DNA of 63,997 nucleotides, counting the filler, from Octopus bimaculoides (taxonomy: Eukaryota), in assembly GCF_001194135.2 (NCBI RefSeq). It is 6 parts of 6 records of this genome, joined end to end, with 100 filler letters (N's around TTAATTAATTAA, not from the genome) between each part and the next. Parts side by side here need not be neighbours in the genome. Positions count along the whole stretch, not along the records: positions 1 to 25,225 come from NC_068985.1; positions 25,326 to 34,565 come from NC_069003.1; 4 more parts are not named here. The stretch is one strand, 5' to 3'. The notes below the pieces were generated by a model. It made no database searches. It worked only from the letters and a program-made list of their open reading frames with translations, and was not told the DNA's origin. Made by a program: the position numbers and the translations under genes. This document shows positions 13,544-26,374 of the stretch, piece after piece. Each line of letters begins with the position of its first letter. Positions within the stretch are counted from its first letter, which is position 1.

Positions 13544-14377
13544 ACTAACTATCTAGTAATCGAAGTCATGTTTTATATTCCCTTTCATCCAGTCGCTTTC
13601 ATTATATTGGTATGACATCCATTAAATTCTCGCTCGTTTATAACAATGGATGAAAGCGTAAATAGCTAAATGAATCTATAAGCGTAATAGTTGGTGCAAT
13701 TCATAAAATCCGATGGATTGATGAGCTAAAAAAAACAAAATATCCGACTTAAGGGTATAATAGATGAATTGACATAATTTATAATTAATGTTAGGTTACA
13801 ATGAATAATAGTATAACATTTTAAATAAAAAAAAGAAGATATCTTCTTGTTCTATGTCCAACTTGTAAATGAAACAAAATACAAATGAATAATTTTCAAA
13901 ATTTTTGAACACTGCGCACAATATAAAATGGCCTTTTCAATTAAAAGAACAATACAGATGAGTACTATTCAACCATGCCGCTTCTATTGAAAGTAAAAAT
14001 CTCTAATTTTTCGTTCTATTAAAACAGAGGATTAATGTTTTCATCAATTCGTTAGTTATTGAAATATTGTAATTACTAATGACGAGTGTCAGAGATATAT
14101 GTACATATTTGGGCTCCAATATACACAATCTGTCAATATACACAATCACACACATCGCTCACCACACACATGCCAAGGTATATCTGTATATAGACATACA
14201 GTTGTGCGTATAAAAATGCATACAAACATATGTGTGTGTGTGTTTGTGTGCGTACCTGTGTATGTTTGTGTGTGTGTGCACGTGTGTATGTGTGTATGTG
14301 CTTGTGAATATACATGTATGTTTATAAATATATATCTGCTCACACATATATCTATCTCTTTCTCTCTCTCTCTCTCT

Positions 14378-14426
<49 letters not shown>

Positions 14427-15325
14427 NNNNNNNNNNNNNNNNNNNNNNNNNNNNNNNNNNNNNNNNNNNNNNNNNNNNNNNNNNNNNNNNNNNNNNNNNN
14501 NNNNNNNNNNNNNNNNNNNNNNNNNNNNNNNNNNNNNNNNNNNNNNNNNNNNNNNNNNNNNNNNNNNNNNNNNNNNNNNNNNNNNNNNNNNNNNNNNNNN
14601 NNNNNNNNNNNNNNNNNNNNNNNNNNNNNNNNNNNNNNNNNNNNNNNNNNNNNNNNNNNNNNNNNNNNNNNNNNNNNNNNNNNNNNNNNNNNNNNNNNNN
14701 NNNNNNNNNNNNNNNNNNNNNNNNNNNNNNNNNNNNNNNNNNNNNNNNNNNNNNNNNNNNNNNNNNNNNNNNNNNNNNNNNNNNNNNNNNNNNNNNNNNN
14801 NNNNNNNNNNNNNNNNNNNNNNNNNNNNNNNNNNNNNNNNNNNNNNNNNNNNNNNNNNNNNNNNNNNNNNNNNNNNNNNNNNNNNNNNNNNNNNNNNNNN
14901 NNNNNNNNNNNNNNNNNNNNNNNNNNNNNNNNNNNNNNNNNNNNNNNNNNNNNNNNNNNNNNNNNNNNNNNNNNNNNNNNNNNNNNNNNNNNNNNNNNNN
15001 NNNNNNNNNNNNNNNNNNNNNNNNNNNNNNNNNNNNNNNNNNNNNNNNNNNNNNNNNNNNNNNNNNNNNNNNNNNNNNNNNNNNNNNNNNNNNNNNNNNN
15101 NNNNNNNNNNNNNNNNNNNNNNNNNNNNNNNNNNNNNNNNNNNNNNNNNNNNNNNNNNNNNNNNNNNNNNNNNNNNNNNNNNNNNNNNNNNNNNNNNNNN
15201 NNNNNNNNNNNNNNNNNNNNNNNNNNNNNNNNNNNNNNNNNNNNNNNNNNNNNNNNNNNNNNNNNNNNNNNNNNNNNNNNNNNNNNNNNNNNNNNNNNNN
15301 NNNNNNNNNNNNNNNNNNNNNNNNN

Positions 15326-15372
<47 letters not shown>

Positions 15373-15374
15373 TA

Positions 15375-15565
15375 ATGAGGGTAGAAATTGAAATTAATCA
15401 ATTAAAACCAGTGGTCTAGCATATTAAAAAAATACGAGGATTAAAATTATATTACATACAAAAATAAGATGAATGACCAGCAAATGTGGATCCCTATATG
15501 CTAGAAATATATGCCGAATCATCTAACCACGAAAGAAATATGTTCTCAGTAAAAAAAATTAGCGA
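15375..15565 (+). mobile_element. End fragment of a (TA)n-associated non-autonomous element; homologous to 63780-63968 (reverse complement)
   Basis: TGAGGGTAGAAATTGAA...AAAACCAGTGGTCTAGCATAT...TATGCTAGAAA...TCTAACCACGAAAGAAA matches the minus strand of the window end. Confidence 0.65.
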
Positions 15566-15976
15566 CACAGACTGTAAACGGGCAAGACAAATGAAAAAAA
15601 TACTAAATTAAAAAATGATTAACCTACGTACCATGGTTTCACCTGTTAAAATTTACATAAGTAAGGAAGAAAATCTAGGTACCTTATAGGAAATAAAGTG
15701 CCGAACGTAAGTCAAGATATAGCAAAATATAAAAGAGAAAGTAAACGCCTTCGTAGTACGATGGAGAAAATTACAGCAACACAATTCGAATTGAAGTTAC
15801 AGATTTTTTTCCCTTAATTATTTTGATGCACAACGATATGTTACAAAAATGCGCATCACCAATCTTGAAAAATTAGCGTGTTCTCAAAAACGAAAAGTGA
15901 TTCAACTATTTAGTCAACTACAGATAAAAGGTATTTATACAACTGTCGTAAAACAGAACAAACATGCTTATACGGA

Positions 15977-16025
<49 letters not shown>

Positions 16026-16065
16026 TGCTCACTCACCCCCACACACACACGTGTATATATAGTCA

Positions 16066-17121
16066 TCTATATATATAAAAATGAGAATGTGTGTCTGTCT
16101 GTCTGTCTGTATGTATGTATGTCTGTCTGTGTGAATCCCTAAAACTCGAGAACTANNNNNNNNNNNNNNNNNNNNNNNNNNNNNNNNNNNNNNNNNNNNN
16201 NNNNNNNNNNNNNNNNNNNNNNNNNNNNNNNNNNNNNNNNNNNNNNNNNNNNNNNNNNNNNNNNNNNNNNNNNNNNNNNNNNNNNNNNNNNNNNNNNNNN
16301 NNNNNNNNNNNNNNNNNNNNNNNNNNNNNNNNNNNNNNNNNNNNNNNNNNNNNNNNNNNNNNNNNNNNNNNNNNNNNNNNNNNNNNNNNNNNNNNNNNNN
16401 NNNNNNNNNNNNNNNNNNNNNNNNNNNNNNNNNNNNNNNNNNNNNNNNNNNNNNNNNNNNNNNNNNNNNNNNNNNNNNNNNNNNNNNNNNNNNNNNNNNN
16501 NNNNNNNNNNNNNNNNNNNNNNNNNNNNNNNNNNNNNNNNNNNNNNNNNNNNNNNNNNNNNNNNNNNNNNNNNNNNNNNNNNNNNNNNNNNNNNNNNNNN
16601 NNNNNNNNNNNNNNNNNNNNNNNNNNNNNNNNNNNNNNNNNNNNNNNNNNNNNNNNNNNNNNNNNNNNNNNNNNNNNNNNNNNNNNNNNNNNNNNNNNNN
16701 NNNNNNNNNNNNNNNNNNNNNNNNNNNNNNNNNNNNNNNNNNNNNNNNNNNNNNNNNNNNNNNNNNNNNNNNNNNNNNNNNNNNNNNNNNNNNNNNNNNN
16801 NNNNNNNNNNNNNNNNNNNNNNNNNNNNNNNNNNNNNNNNNNNNNNGAGTAAAATTATTTCGTTGCAGACCTCCTTTTGGTATTTTTATTATCACTACGA
16901 CACACATAGCCCCCAGTTGGTAACATTGATTTCAAGGCCCTCCTTGATGAGAGACTGGCATTCCACTTAATGTCTATATTCCATGGTGGCATGGATTGGA
17001 GAGTTATTAATGTAGAAATATGGTATCGTAGCTACTAACAGTTGAGGGTTGCATAGTCTAGACGGCGTTTTTAGATTTCATTATTCTCTTTAACCCGGGC
17101 AAAGCCGGGTATTTCTGCTAG
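16066..17121 (+). mobile_element. Non-autonomous Helitron with both termini (interior partly in an N gap)
   Basis: 5' A|TCTATATATATAAAA at 16065/16066, then a GTCT microsatellite. The 3' end has a GC hairpin ACCCGGGCAAAGCCGGGT (17093-17110) and CTAG (17118-17121) followed by T, giving an A|T insertion site with no TSD. Confidence 0.75.
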
Positions 17122-19659
17122 TATATATATATATATACACTTGAAAGTATGGCAGTATTATAAATAATGCGGTAATGCTAGAGAAAAATAAAAGTGGAAT
17201 CAAGACATTCTAGATGAAACATTTACCATTTCGTAGCAGGTGTCCAACTGCTGACATGATTATTTATAGTTGACAGTACGTCTACAACGCCATACATTTT
17301 TCCACACTTGCTTTGCGTTGTGTAAGACATACTGAAGTATGAACTTATGTTTAAGTGTTGCTGCCTCGAATCTTCTTTTCTAGATTTCTTACAGATTTCC
17401 ATAAATCACTTGATAAAATAGAGAATTTACATCTGTTTTTTTTTTTTAAATTTATTGTCGCGGCTTCTCTGGTGGAGATTTCAATATTTTGCATAATTGC
17501 AGGAAACACACTGAACACCACATACATATGCTGTGATAGATTAAATTTATTATAGAAGGAGAATCCAGAATTGAAGACAAACCGCGTAGTAGTACCATTT
17601 GATATCGGGAACCAATGATACAATATGATTTGCATGTAAATACAGATGACCTTCTGCGAGTTTGCTGCGCAGCGGGACTGTGATAACGTCTCACGCCTAT
17701 TCAATGAAATAAATGAAAGTTTTCCAGGACAATAATTAGCTGAAGAGACGAGATAAAATTTAACTGTGAAGTGGGTACAGTAGTAGATTTAGTGATAGGA
17801 ATAAATGCATCTCTCGTAATAGAGATTATGTTGGGTAGTTCCTTTGTATAGAGAAAGAAATACTCTACCAACATGTCAACGGAATACCGTCTGCATCATT
17901 TTCAGCACAATACTCATGTGAGAGGTAAAGGATAAGAAATTTATCGCAACTAAGTCGGTATTTGATTTATATTATAGATAATCCTAGGCATAAAAATAAA
18001 ATGAACTCTGGACGTGAGTTTCAGATTTGATCAATGTATTGATGAGGTCTAATGTACAGATGAGGTCGAATACGTTAAGCTACATACTAAGAAGTATTCA
18101 TTTTATTCTTACAATTATCAAAGCATGGATCACTTTAAAGTAATATCAACAATGCCATGATGGATGTGCTTTCATCTCTTGAGTGATTTGCCGAAATTTC
18201 CGCAGAGACTGAGGATTAAGAAACATCACGTATAAATCTGAACACCATTGTATCCCTCGAGTAACAACACACAAAGCACAAACATAGTTTCATAGTTTAA
18301 TGTCTACTCGTTGACACATCGCAGACTCTGTTTCTACTTTGAAAAGTCAAACTAATATCAATGGAATAGCATTCATTCACTCAATTCCGTACATTAGATC
18401 GCAAGCAAGGACATTTTTGATTATTTCTAAAATGTCATTAAAAACCATTGAACGAAATATAACCAAAGATACTCCACCTTTATATCCTAACGATTGAAAG
18501 TCTGAAATGATAAACAACGTAGACTCACATCCACAGTCGGTAGGCTAGCTAAATCCTACTATCGCTATAGCTGATTTATGAATAATAACGTTTGTTGTTT
18601 CAAGTATGATAACAAAGAATATTGCAGCAGAAATAAGAATCTTCGAGTGATATTTTATTAATTTAATTTTTAACGCATATCTAATATTTCAAACCTTAAA
18701 CTATGTGTCGCCATAGAGATAAAAGTGGAGCTTTCATGCTGGTTTTTAATCAAGGAAACTATACAAGCGCTACAATTGTCTCAAACAAGTCGCAAAAGTA
18801 GAGCACTTATAATATTCATTTGAAAATACAACAATTACTAATTGAAAATTTCATTGTTATACATTCTTCTTTCTTTCATTCTGTATTTTATTCTCTATTT
18901 TGTTCAACCTCACTTTTCTATTTTTTACTTTTCCTGTTCTTTGCTGTTTGAGAACCATTTCTATTTTCACTAATGAATTCCAAATACGAAGCCATCCAAA
19001 TATCATTGAATAAATTTAGCTTTATTGATAATTTAACACAGAAGCACATATTGTAGGGGTGGGAAGACAAAATACTTTAGTAGTGTATTTGAACCTCCCA
19101 TTTCCGAACAGAAATAGGTCTACACGTGTCACACAGACACGCAGACACACAGACAGACACACATAGACACACAGACACACACTCACAGACACACAAACAT
19201 ACTCACACACGCATAGTTACACAATCACGCACATACACACACACACGCATAAATATAATTTCATATGTATGCATGCTCTTGTATATTTATATAATGACAC
19301 ACATACGTGAGTGTACGTATAACATGTGAATCTAAACATTTTAAAATTTCTTTTCTCCTTTTATCGAAATCTCTCCTGGACTTCACCCTAGAACTTGAGA
19401 ACCGACATTGTTGGGCAGTTTCTGCCTTTAGTCCATTTCATTTTTCATTGAGCCTTAATCTAATAATATGCCAAGCACACTGTGGACATTCCTGAGGCAT
19501 TTTATTGATTGTTTTCTAGTTTTATTTGATTTGCTATATGCATACATATATTGAAAGTAAGCATAGCTGCTGGGCTTCGTTCTTAAGAGAAAATGTATTA
19601 AATATAGGGAGATGTACTTGCATAGCAAGTGACCTGATCTGAGATCGTGCGGTGAAACA

Positions 19660-19878
19660 AAAACAATTGCAGCGTGGAACGTGTTTATAAGCCATTTAAA
19701 AACACACAAAATCCGTTAGATTCACTTCAACATTTAAATTTAATTTGTTAAAATATTTTCGTCGTTTAGAGACCGCGATCTTTTCACTGAAAACATTTAA
19801 ATTTCATTTAAATTTTGTGAATCTAACGGTTTTTGTGTTTTTAAATGCCTTATAAACACCTTCCGCGCTGCAATTGTA
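19660..19878. mobile_element. Foldback element, about 63-bp arms
   Basis: ACAATTGCAGCGTGGAACGTGTTTATAAGCCATTTAAAAACAC...CCGTTAGATTCAC is mirrored by GTGAATCTAACGG...GTGTTTTTAAATGCCTTATAAACACCTTCCGCGCTGCAATTGT. Confidence 0.75.
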
Positions 19879-20039
19879 TTAAATATACTTGAATGTATAA
19901 ACAGGCATGCTTTAAATTTACACAACATATAAAAATAATCCTTAAAAATAGTCTGAAATAATTCAGTTTACTTCTTGCACGCTGCGTTATCGAAATCTGC
20001 TAGTAGACACCTTTGCAAAAGTATTTTTTTCTACTCTAG

Positions 20040-20445
20040 GAACAAGCCCCGAAATTTTTGGGGAAGGGGCAAGTCGATTAGATCGACCTCAGTACGCAAC
20101 TGGTACTTAATTTATCAACCCCGAAAGGTTAAAAGGCAAAGTCGACCTCGTTCGAATTTGAACTCAGAACGTAAAGACAGACGAAATACCGCTAAGCATT
20201 CCGCCCGGCGTGCTAACGATCCTTATTTCTTTACTGCTCACAAGGGGCTACTAACAGAGGAGTCAAAGAAACGGATTAAGTCGATTATATCGACCCCAGT
20301 GCGTAACTGGTACTAATTTAATCAACCCCCGAAGGATGAAAGGCAAAGTCGACCACGGCGGAATTTGAACTCAGAACGTAGTGGCAGACGAAATGCCGCT
20401 CAGCATTTCGTCCGGTGTGCTAACGATTCTGCCAGCTCGCTGCCT
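20040..20445 (-). mobile_element. Two tandem copies of SINE family B
   Basis: Repeated GGCAAAGTCGACC.CG.CGGAATTTGAACTCAGAACGTA...GACGAAATACCGCTAAGCATT...GCTAACGATTCTGCCAGCTCGC (reverse of the GCGAGCTGGCAGAATCGTTAGC head). Confidence 0.85.
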
Positions 20446-23069
20446 TCCCTTTGGAAAGTTATTAGTGATTCATCTTGTTCTATCTGACCATATACGGTAA
20501 AAGAACTAGAGACGAATAAAGGAAGATATTCGGATTGAAAACTAGCTGAAATGAGGGGTGATAGCCAAGTTTCTGTATCAACAAAAGTGCCTCTTCAAAC
20601 GGTTTACACATAACGTGTGAAGTCACATTCGATTCATGTTTTTTGGACTGTCACTATCCAAGTTTGTTCCGTGTAGAACGACATCTTTTAATCTTCAAAT
20701 GATAGCTAATGATGCGTTGTAAGAAGACATATCGTCAGCAACAACTTTATTTATTGGATAATCAGATGTGGCTCATCCAGTCTACCCATAACAACTTCAG
20801 AAAGAAATCTAACCATTTAGTTCAACAAACATATTCTTTTAAGAAAATATATGAGTGTAACATAACCATCTTCAAAAACAAAGAGTGAAATTTAGCAACG
20901 TTAAAGTCAGTAATATATCAATAGTTTAAAATCTGTGATTATTGCCACAAGTGTTTCACACTTTCCACTGGTACTCACTTATATGAGTACCCCCAGCCAG
21001 TTTTCAAACCAACCCGATATTGCCATTTCTCTATTGTCTCTATGTTCAGTGTCTAAAATAAGAATATCCACTGATATTTTTTATAAACACATATACAGCA
21101 ATTTATGTAATTTTGATTTGACGCCAATATATACAATTACAAATTTGAAGCTATGATAGATGAAATTGCATTCTGTATTTCTGGATTTTCGAAAGAATTT
21201 TAATTATGAATTTTTATAATCTCACTCAGAACTGTTACAATGTTTATGGTGTAACCACATTATATGAAAGCAAACTTTTCTCTCATTTGTTAGTGCATAT
21301 TACCTCCAAAACTGCCAGACAAGCTGTCTTTTAAACGATGGATCATATTAAATCAGTACCATATTTGTAGAAATACGTTTAGTAAACTTCATGCCTTTAA
21401 TTATCGGGAGATTTTTTTGAGTTTTATCAAAATTTGGAAACAAAAAATTACTGTTGTGCAGAAGCATGCTTGAAATTGAGTTTTCCAGTCGTCTATGATG
21501 TGTGAATAGCTTCAGAATGTACTTGAAGTCAGTTTTAGTTTTGTTACTTTGTAATATATTACGTATATTCTTTATACAATCGTAAATTGTTTAGGAAACC
21601 ATAAAACGGATGCGTTTTTTCAGCATCACATACTATAAGATTTGGAGTTCTGATGATAAGATATCTATTTACCTAGCAACACGAATATTCACCAAGTCAA
21701 AACCGATATAAAAATGAATTCGTCTCTTGAAATGAAGCAAAGACGGAAAAGTGTCCATGAGATATGTTGATGTCAATAGAAAAAGTGACACTATATTGAG
21801 AGATTTTTCAGTCAGGTATATGACGATCGATTGAATGATGATATTATATGGAACGGAAACAACACTTCATTCGGCTAAGCTCGTCAGATATTATGTCATC
21901 TATCATATTGTGCATAATGAGCTTCACATCTGTTCAGGAGTTGGTACAGAGTTTCGGCTCATCCAAATTTCGCAGCAATATAATGACATCTCTAACTGAG
22001 ACATAGAAAATAGGAATTGATCAATATTAATGTTCTGGAAGTATTTAAGTTATTCAAACATTGTATATCATTTTAGCAAATACCACGACTTCAAGGTAGG
22101 AGTCTAAGTTATGAAATTCAGTGTTTTCTATAATATTGAACATTTGCCTTCACGTATAGTGCCTTCGATAATAGTGTAGAAGGCAAATGATTTTTAGAAG
22201 TAGACATTTTTAGTAAAGAATTTTTATATAATGTGCATGGTCATGTAATATGGAAGAACCCAACAGTATTGATCGTATTGTGGTTGTTTCCTCTTTAGGG
22301 AGATAATTTCCTTCATTAACGTTTATTCTGTTTATTCGAAACGGATGAGGTCAACGACGTTATACTTTACACTTCACCATCGTTAAATATGAATAAAATT
22401 ATGAACTAATTAGAAAGCATTTGAACATCATTGAAACACTATTACTGTTTTGCTTAGAGCAATTCTCGAGGCCTGTTTGCCGTCATTCAGTTATAAAGGC
22501 ATAGTGTTCTAATCTATTATCAAAACGCTTCAGTCGTACGAGAACACTGAAGTAGTTGCTAACATTGGGACAGCCAAGACCGACAGGCTTGTCTTTTTCC
22601 AGAAATGATCTAGAATAAATATCAACATCAGCAACATTGGTTGCATGTATGGGGAAAAGTTATTGAATACACAACAGCCTGTTTTATCATCTATAAATAT
22701 ACTGGACCTGTGAGGAATTAAAATGCGTTAAGTAGTTCTGGAAATACTTTAAACGTAATTTTTAATCAATTGGTCGGTGTTAAAACGCGTTAGTTATTTA
22801 AAATGTCCATATGATTAAAGCGCAAATTTGCTGATGTTTTTGATCGTTAATTGCTTGGCTTCAATGCTTAAATTATTTTCTGGTCTCTTAAGCCTATATA
22901 TGTGGCATGTCGATATTGCATCTAGAATGTGTGATTTTATTTAATCTTATGTGTGCATTTATGTTGATATGCGCACGCGTGTGTAGTTATTTCGGTGTAT
23001 CAGTAAATCGCATTAACACATTATCCAATACAACTTCTGGCCGAGACGTTCATCTGATGTAATGCAGCG

Positions 23070-23140
23070 TGAAACGTCGGCGGAATTTAAACTCAGAACG
23101 TAACGGCAGGCGAAATACCGCTAAGCATTTCGCCCGGCGT
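23070..23140 (-). mobile_element. SINE family B fragment
   Basis: GTCGGCGGAATTTAAACTCAGAACGTAACGGCAGGCGAAATACCGCTAAGCATTTCGCCCGGCGTGC. Confidence 0.75.
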
Positions 23141-24845
23141 GCAGTATTACTTTGCTATCAAAATCATGTCATACATATTCGTTCAACCTGAGGTTATGTT
23201 AGAACAAAGAAAATCCAGATAAACAACCTTTAGCCAGCACGGGACTTCATTTCAGAAACAAGTCCCTCAACAATGAGGATCTAAGCCTGCATTTGTATAT
23301 CTGTACACACACACACACACACACCTTCTCACGCATTCACTGACTCCTAAATAACCACATAAATACATTCACGTATAACGTAAATAGTCAACTGGCATGA
23401 GTTTCAATGTTCACAGTAGCTGAATTAATCTCATTGCAGCAAGGTAGCAGACTCTCCAATTTCGTGCAGAAGTTTTATATTCCAAATGAGATATACCTCT
23501 CACATACTTAACACTATCATTTAGTATTAAATCAACAGCTTTACTGGCCCGTGATTTCAGTATCTTAACGGTCAATCATAGCATTAGCTGTAGACATGTA
23601 AAAACTATTTACCAATTATGATTTTACGTGCAACATTCATTATGCAATATAGTATTGATTTACTTTCAAATGTTAGGTGTTTAATCATTTACCAAAGAGA
23701 AAACACTTCTCTCTGTGCATATTTGTAATATCGTGACATGCTTTTGTTTACAATATGATATTTCATATCAGCACGATTCGTATTCTAATGATTAGGCATA
23801 CAGTTCACATTAAGATTTAACTGGTAAAAATAACAAAAGGATTTGAACTTTCTTCATATATATTGTAAACTAAATACTTTAAATTCACCTTCACTTCAAA
23901 CTGACATCATGATGACACTTCGATGTATATCATATTTAATAAAACTTGCTGTACAGGGGCTATCATAACAAATTAGCATCAAGTAGCCAGTTGCAAGGGA
24001 ATGCGGCAGACTCAACTGAACTGAGAGTAATTTATTACAAGAAAAAAAAAAAGAGAAAACAAAAATAAAACCAAGCAAAGCTATCGATCTTCTTACTGGT
24101 GGCTAGTTTTAAAGTCAACATGCAGAAGAACAAAAAGCAAACGTTAAAATATACTTCGTGCAGTCGTTCGCTGTTGCTGTCAAATTACCGCACCTTACTC
24201 CCAAAACAAATATCCCAACAATATCATTTCTTTTCAAACTAGATTTTACCTACACGTTTTGTGTCACGTTTTTCATAAATTATCGAGAGTTCTGCTTGCC
24301 AGCTAAATGTAATAGAGTGTTTTCTTGACAGAAATAGACAGACAAATATTTATACGGCTGTTTGTATGTGTTATTGCTGTTATGTAAGTGGCCAGCGTTT
24401 TTTTAAAGTAATTCTTCAGTGAATGTTATACGCATTGATAAAAATATTTTCAGTACCTGAAATGTATGCAGCAATTTCATATTTCATTCTCAATATATCT
24501 CGAGAGTGACACAAAAATATACATTAATAAGGTTACACTAAACAGGATATGTATCTATGAAATCTGAAAGTAAGTTTTTTTCGTTATTAAATATCAAATA
24601 ACTGACACAATTATATAAATGTTGATATTCAAACACTCTTGGCGTCTTATCGAAACTTGCAGAATTACGACAAAACGGTTCGTGTTTTTGCTTCTGAAAC
24701 AACTTGATAAATGATTGGTATTGAAGATGAATCAATTTGGTAACTTAAAGTTAAACTGAAGAACGATAAGTGGATAACATTTCATTAAATTTATTATAAG
24801 TGGTGTGCAAATAAAGGCATCATCATCATCACCCGATCGTCATTC

Positions 24846-24854
24846 TTGTTGTCC

Positions 24855-24898
<44 letters not shown>

Positions 24899-24965
24899 CT
24901 TCTTCTTCTTCTTCTTCTTCTTCTTCTTCTTCTTCTTCTTCTTCTTCTTCTTCTTCTTCTTGATG

Positions 24966-25000
<35 letters not shown>
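24846..25000. repeat. Compound trinucleotide microsatellite (GTT)n(CTT)n(ATT)n
   Basis: Direct read. Confidence 0.95.
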
Positions 25001-25224
25001 GTTCAGTAGTTTTATTTTTATAACGTGCTTTCACTTCACTACCGAGCGCAGCTCTGTGCGCCTTGGGTATGTGCTGTGGTTTGCTGTGGTGCTCTTATGT
25101 TTACTGTATTGAAAGTGTTTTGCGTAGAATGTGTGCAGTACCCAGTAGTGCAATTTTCTGTATGTTATATATATTTGTAAGTCCTGGTATTTTTGTTATG
25201 TATTTGTCTGAATATTTTTGTATT
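25001..25224 (-). mobile_element. 3' end of an R4/Dong-like LINE (subfamily 1) with an (AAT)n tail
   Basis: Near-identical reverse complement of 26985-27207; encodes ...IQKIALLGTAHILRKTLSIQ*. The 5' part runs into a gap. Confidence 0.85.
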
Positions 25225-25799
25225 ANNNNNNNNNNNNNNNNNNNNNNNNNNNNNNNNNNNNNNNNNNNNTTAATTAATTAANNNNNNNNNNNNNNNNNNN
25301 NNNNNNNNNNNNNNNNNNNNNNNNNCATTAAGATGCATGTGTAGTTCTATGGGTATCAAAACGTATATATCATTGTGTACACGTTCAAGTGTATGCGTAA
25401 TTATTCAATATATGTACTTACTATTTTGTTCCATTTCTTTTTTTTTATATAGTTTGTAAACTTTCCGGTGTTGGTTTTGCGTGTGTGATCGCACGTGTTT
25501 CATTGAGACATCGTGCATAGGAGGTCCTGTGCTTTGTATTGCAGTGAAACTTCATTTTTTAAGAATAAAAAATATTCTTAAAAAAATTATCTTCGTTAAA
25601 AGACCGCTTCCTTCAAATCTTCCACCGGTTCTTTTGGCTAATTCCATCGATGTTATTGGATTAGATATGTTTTTGTATAGGGAGCCCGGTGTAGTACATC
25701 CATGTTGTTATTCAGCCCGGTGCTGAATATTATTATTATTATTATCATTATTATTATTATTATTATTATTATCATTATTATTATTATTATTATTATTAT

Positions 25800-26333
25800 A
25801 AATTCCATGATGCAATACTAGGCACTGGCTCTCAAGGCTTCTGATCTTAACTGATTGGAAGTGTTATCATGTATATTGTTTTGTCTTGGTATAAAAGATG
25901 GGCTACAGCAAATATTCTGCTTAATACCACAGATTTGCTTGTCAGTTGCTTGACCTTAACCAGTTGAGCATGTTCCTTAGTGGCTGGTGATATGTGCATC
26001 TCTGATCACGACTAGAAGAAGTGGGGCAGTATCGTAACTATGTGTTGAGAAGAATTTTGAGGGGTTTGAATAATTCATCTCTGGAAATATGGAAGTTTTG
26101 TTCATCACTTTTTGAATGGGATTGGGCTACTCGTTTTGAAGCAAATTCTAACTGGGCCCCAACTGCAAGGTCATGTGTTGTTTATCTGGATATGAGATCA
26201 CCATGTCGCGCACATATGGTTGTAATGCATGAGCCTGTTGTATCTTTATCATAGGGTAGTCACGGTGGGTATATTGGGTTTCGTATATTTGTACCCCAAT
26301 GTCACTTCGATGGCATGTGCTGCTCTTTCACTC
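25800..26333 (+). mobile_element. Element D copy 1: ~550-bp non-coding interspersed repeat with an (AAT)n tail
   Basis: ATGATGCAATACTAGGC...GGCATGTGCTGCTCTTTCACTC then (AAT)n. Homologous to 27224-27791, 30075-30854, 30943-31452 and 37150-37240. Confidence 0.85.

Positions 26334-26372
<39 letters not shown>

Positions 26373-26374
<2 letters not shown>

Larger units (their letters stand above)
17230..24780 (-). pseudogene. Decayed UBR3/N-recognin-like copy A, full domain series, interrupted by SINEs and microsatellites
   Basis: In order: KHEPFC (UBR-box start, ORF 24538..24735); FLFFCML..KIDSFA; LSVQLSLPHSLA (ORF 23896..24078; cf. ISVQLFSNEELA); NVNC; KHLTFESKS (~23.67 kb; cf. EHVEFESQT); LEMSLYCCEIWMSRN (~21.96 kb; cf. 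LQIQASLAEIHSNMWVRNG); HNMIDD (~21.9 kb); ECPQC (~19.48 kb); FCDLF (~18.77 kb); YVCGVQCVSC (~17.51 kb); VNSLF..VIYG; RKED. About 5.5 kb after removing insertions, similar to the UBR3 coding length. Confidence 0.7.

Noticed and set aside
15580-15960. Possible further UBR-like fragment (YKVPRFSSLL on the minus strand)
   Set aside because: A single weak motif with no colinear support.
20040-20445. Repeat-spacer-like periodicity of SINE-B copies
   Set aside because: The units are ~200-bp diverged SINEs in a eukaryotic context, not a CRISPR array.
25270-25281. TTAATTAATTAA islands inside N runs (also 34610-34621, 41110-41121, 49302-49313, 62860-62871)
   Set aside because: An identical 12-mer with stops in all six frames, centred in ~100-base gaps: a scaffolding spacer, not biology.
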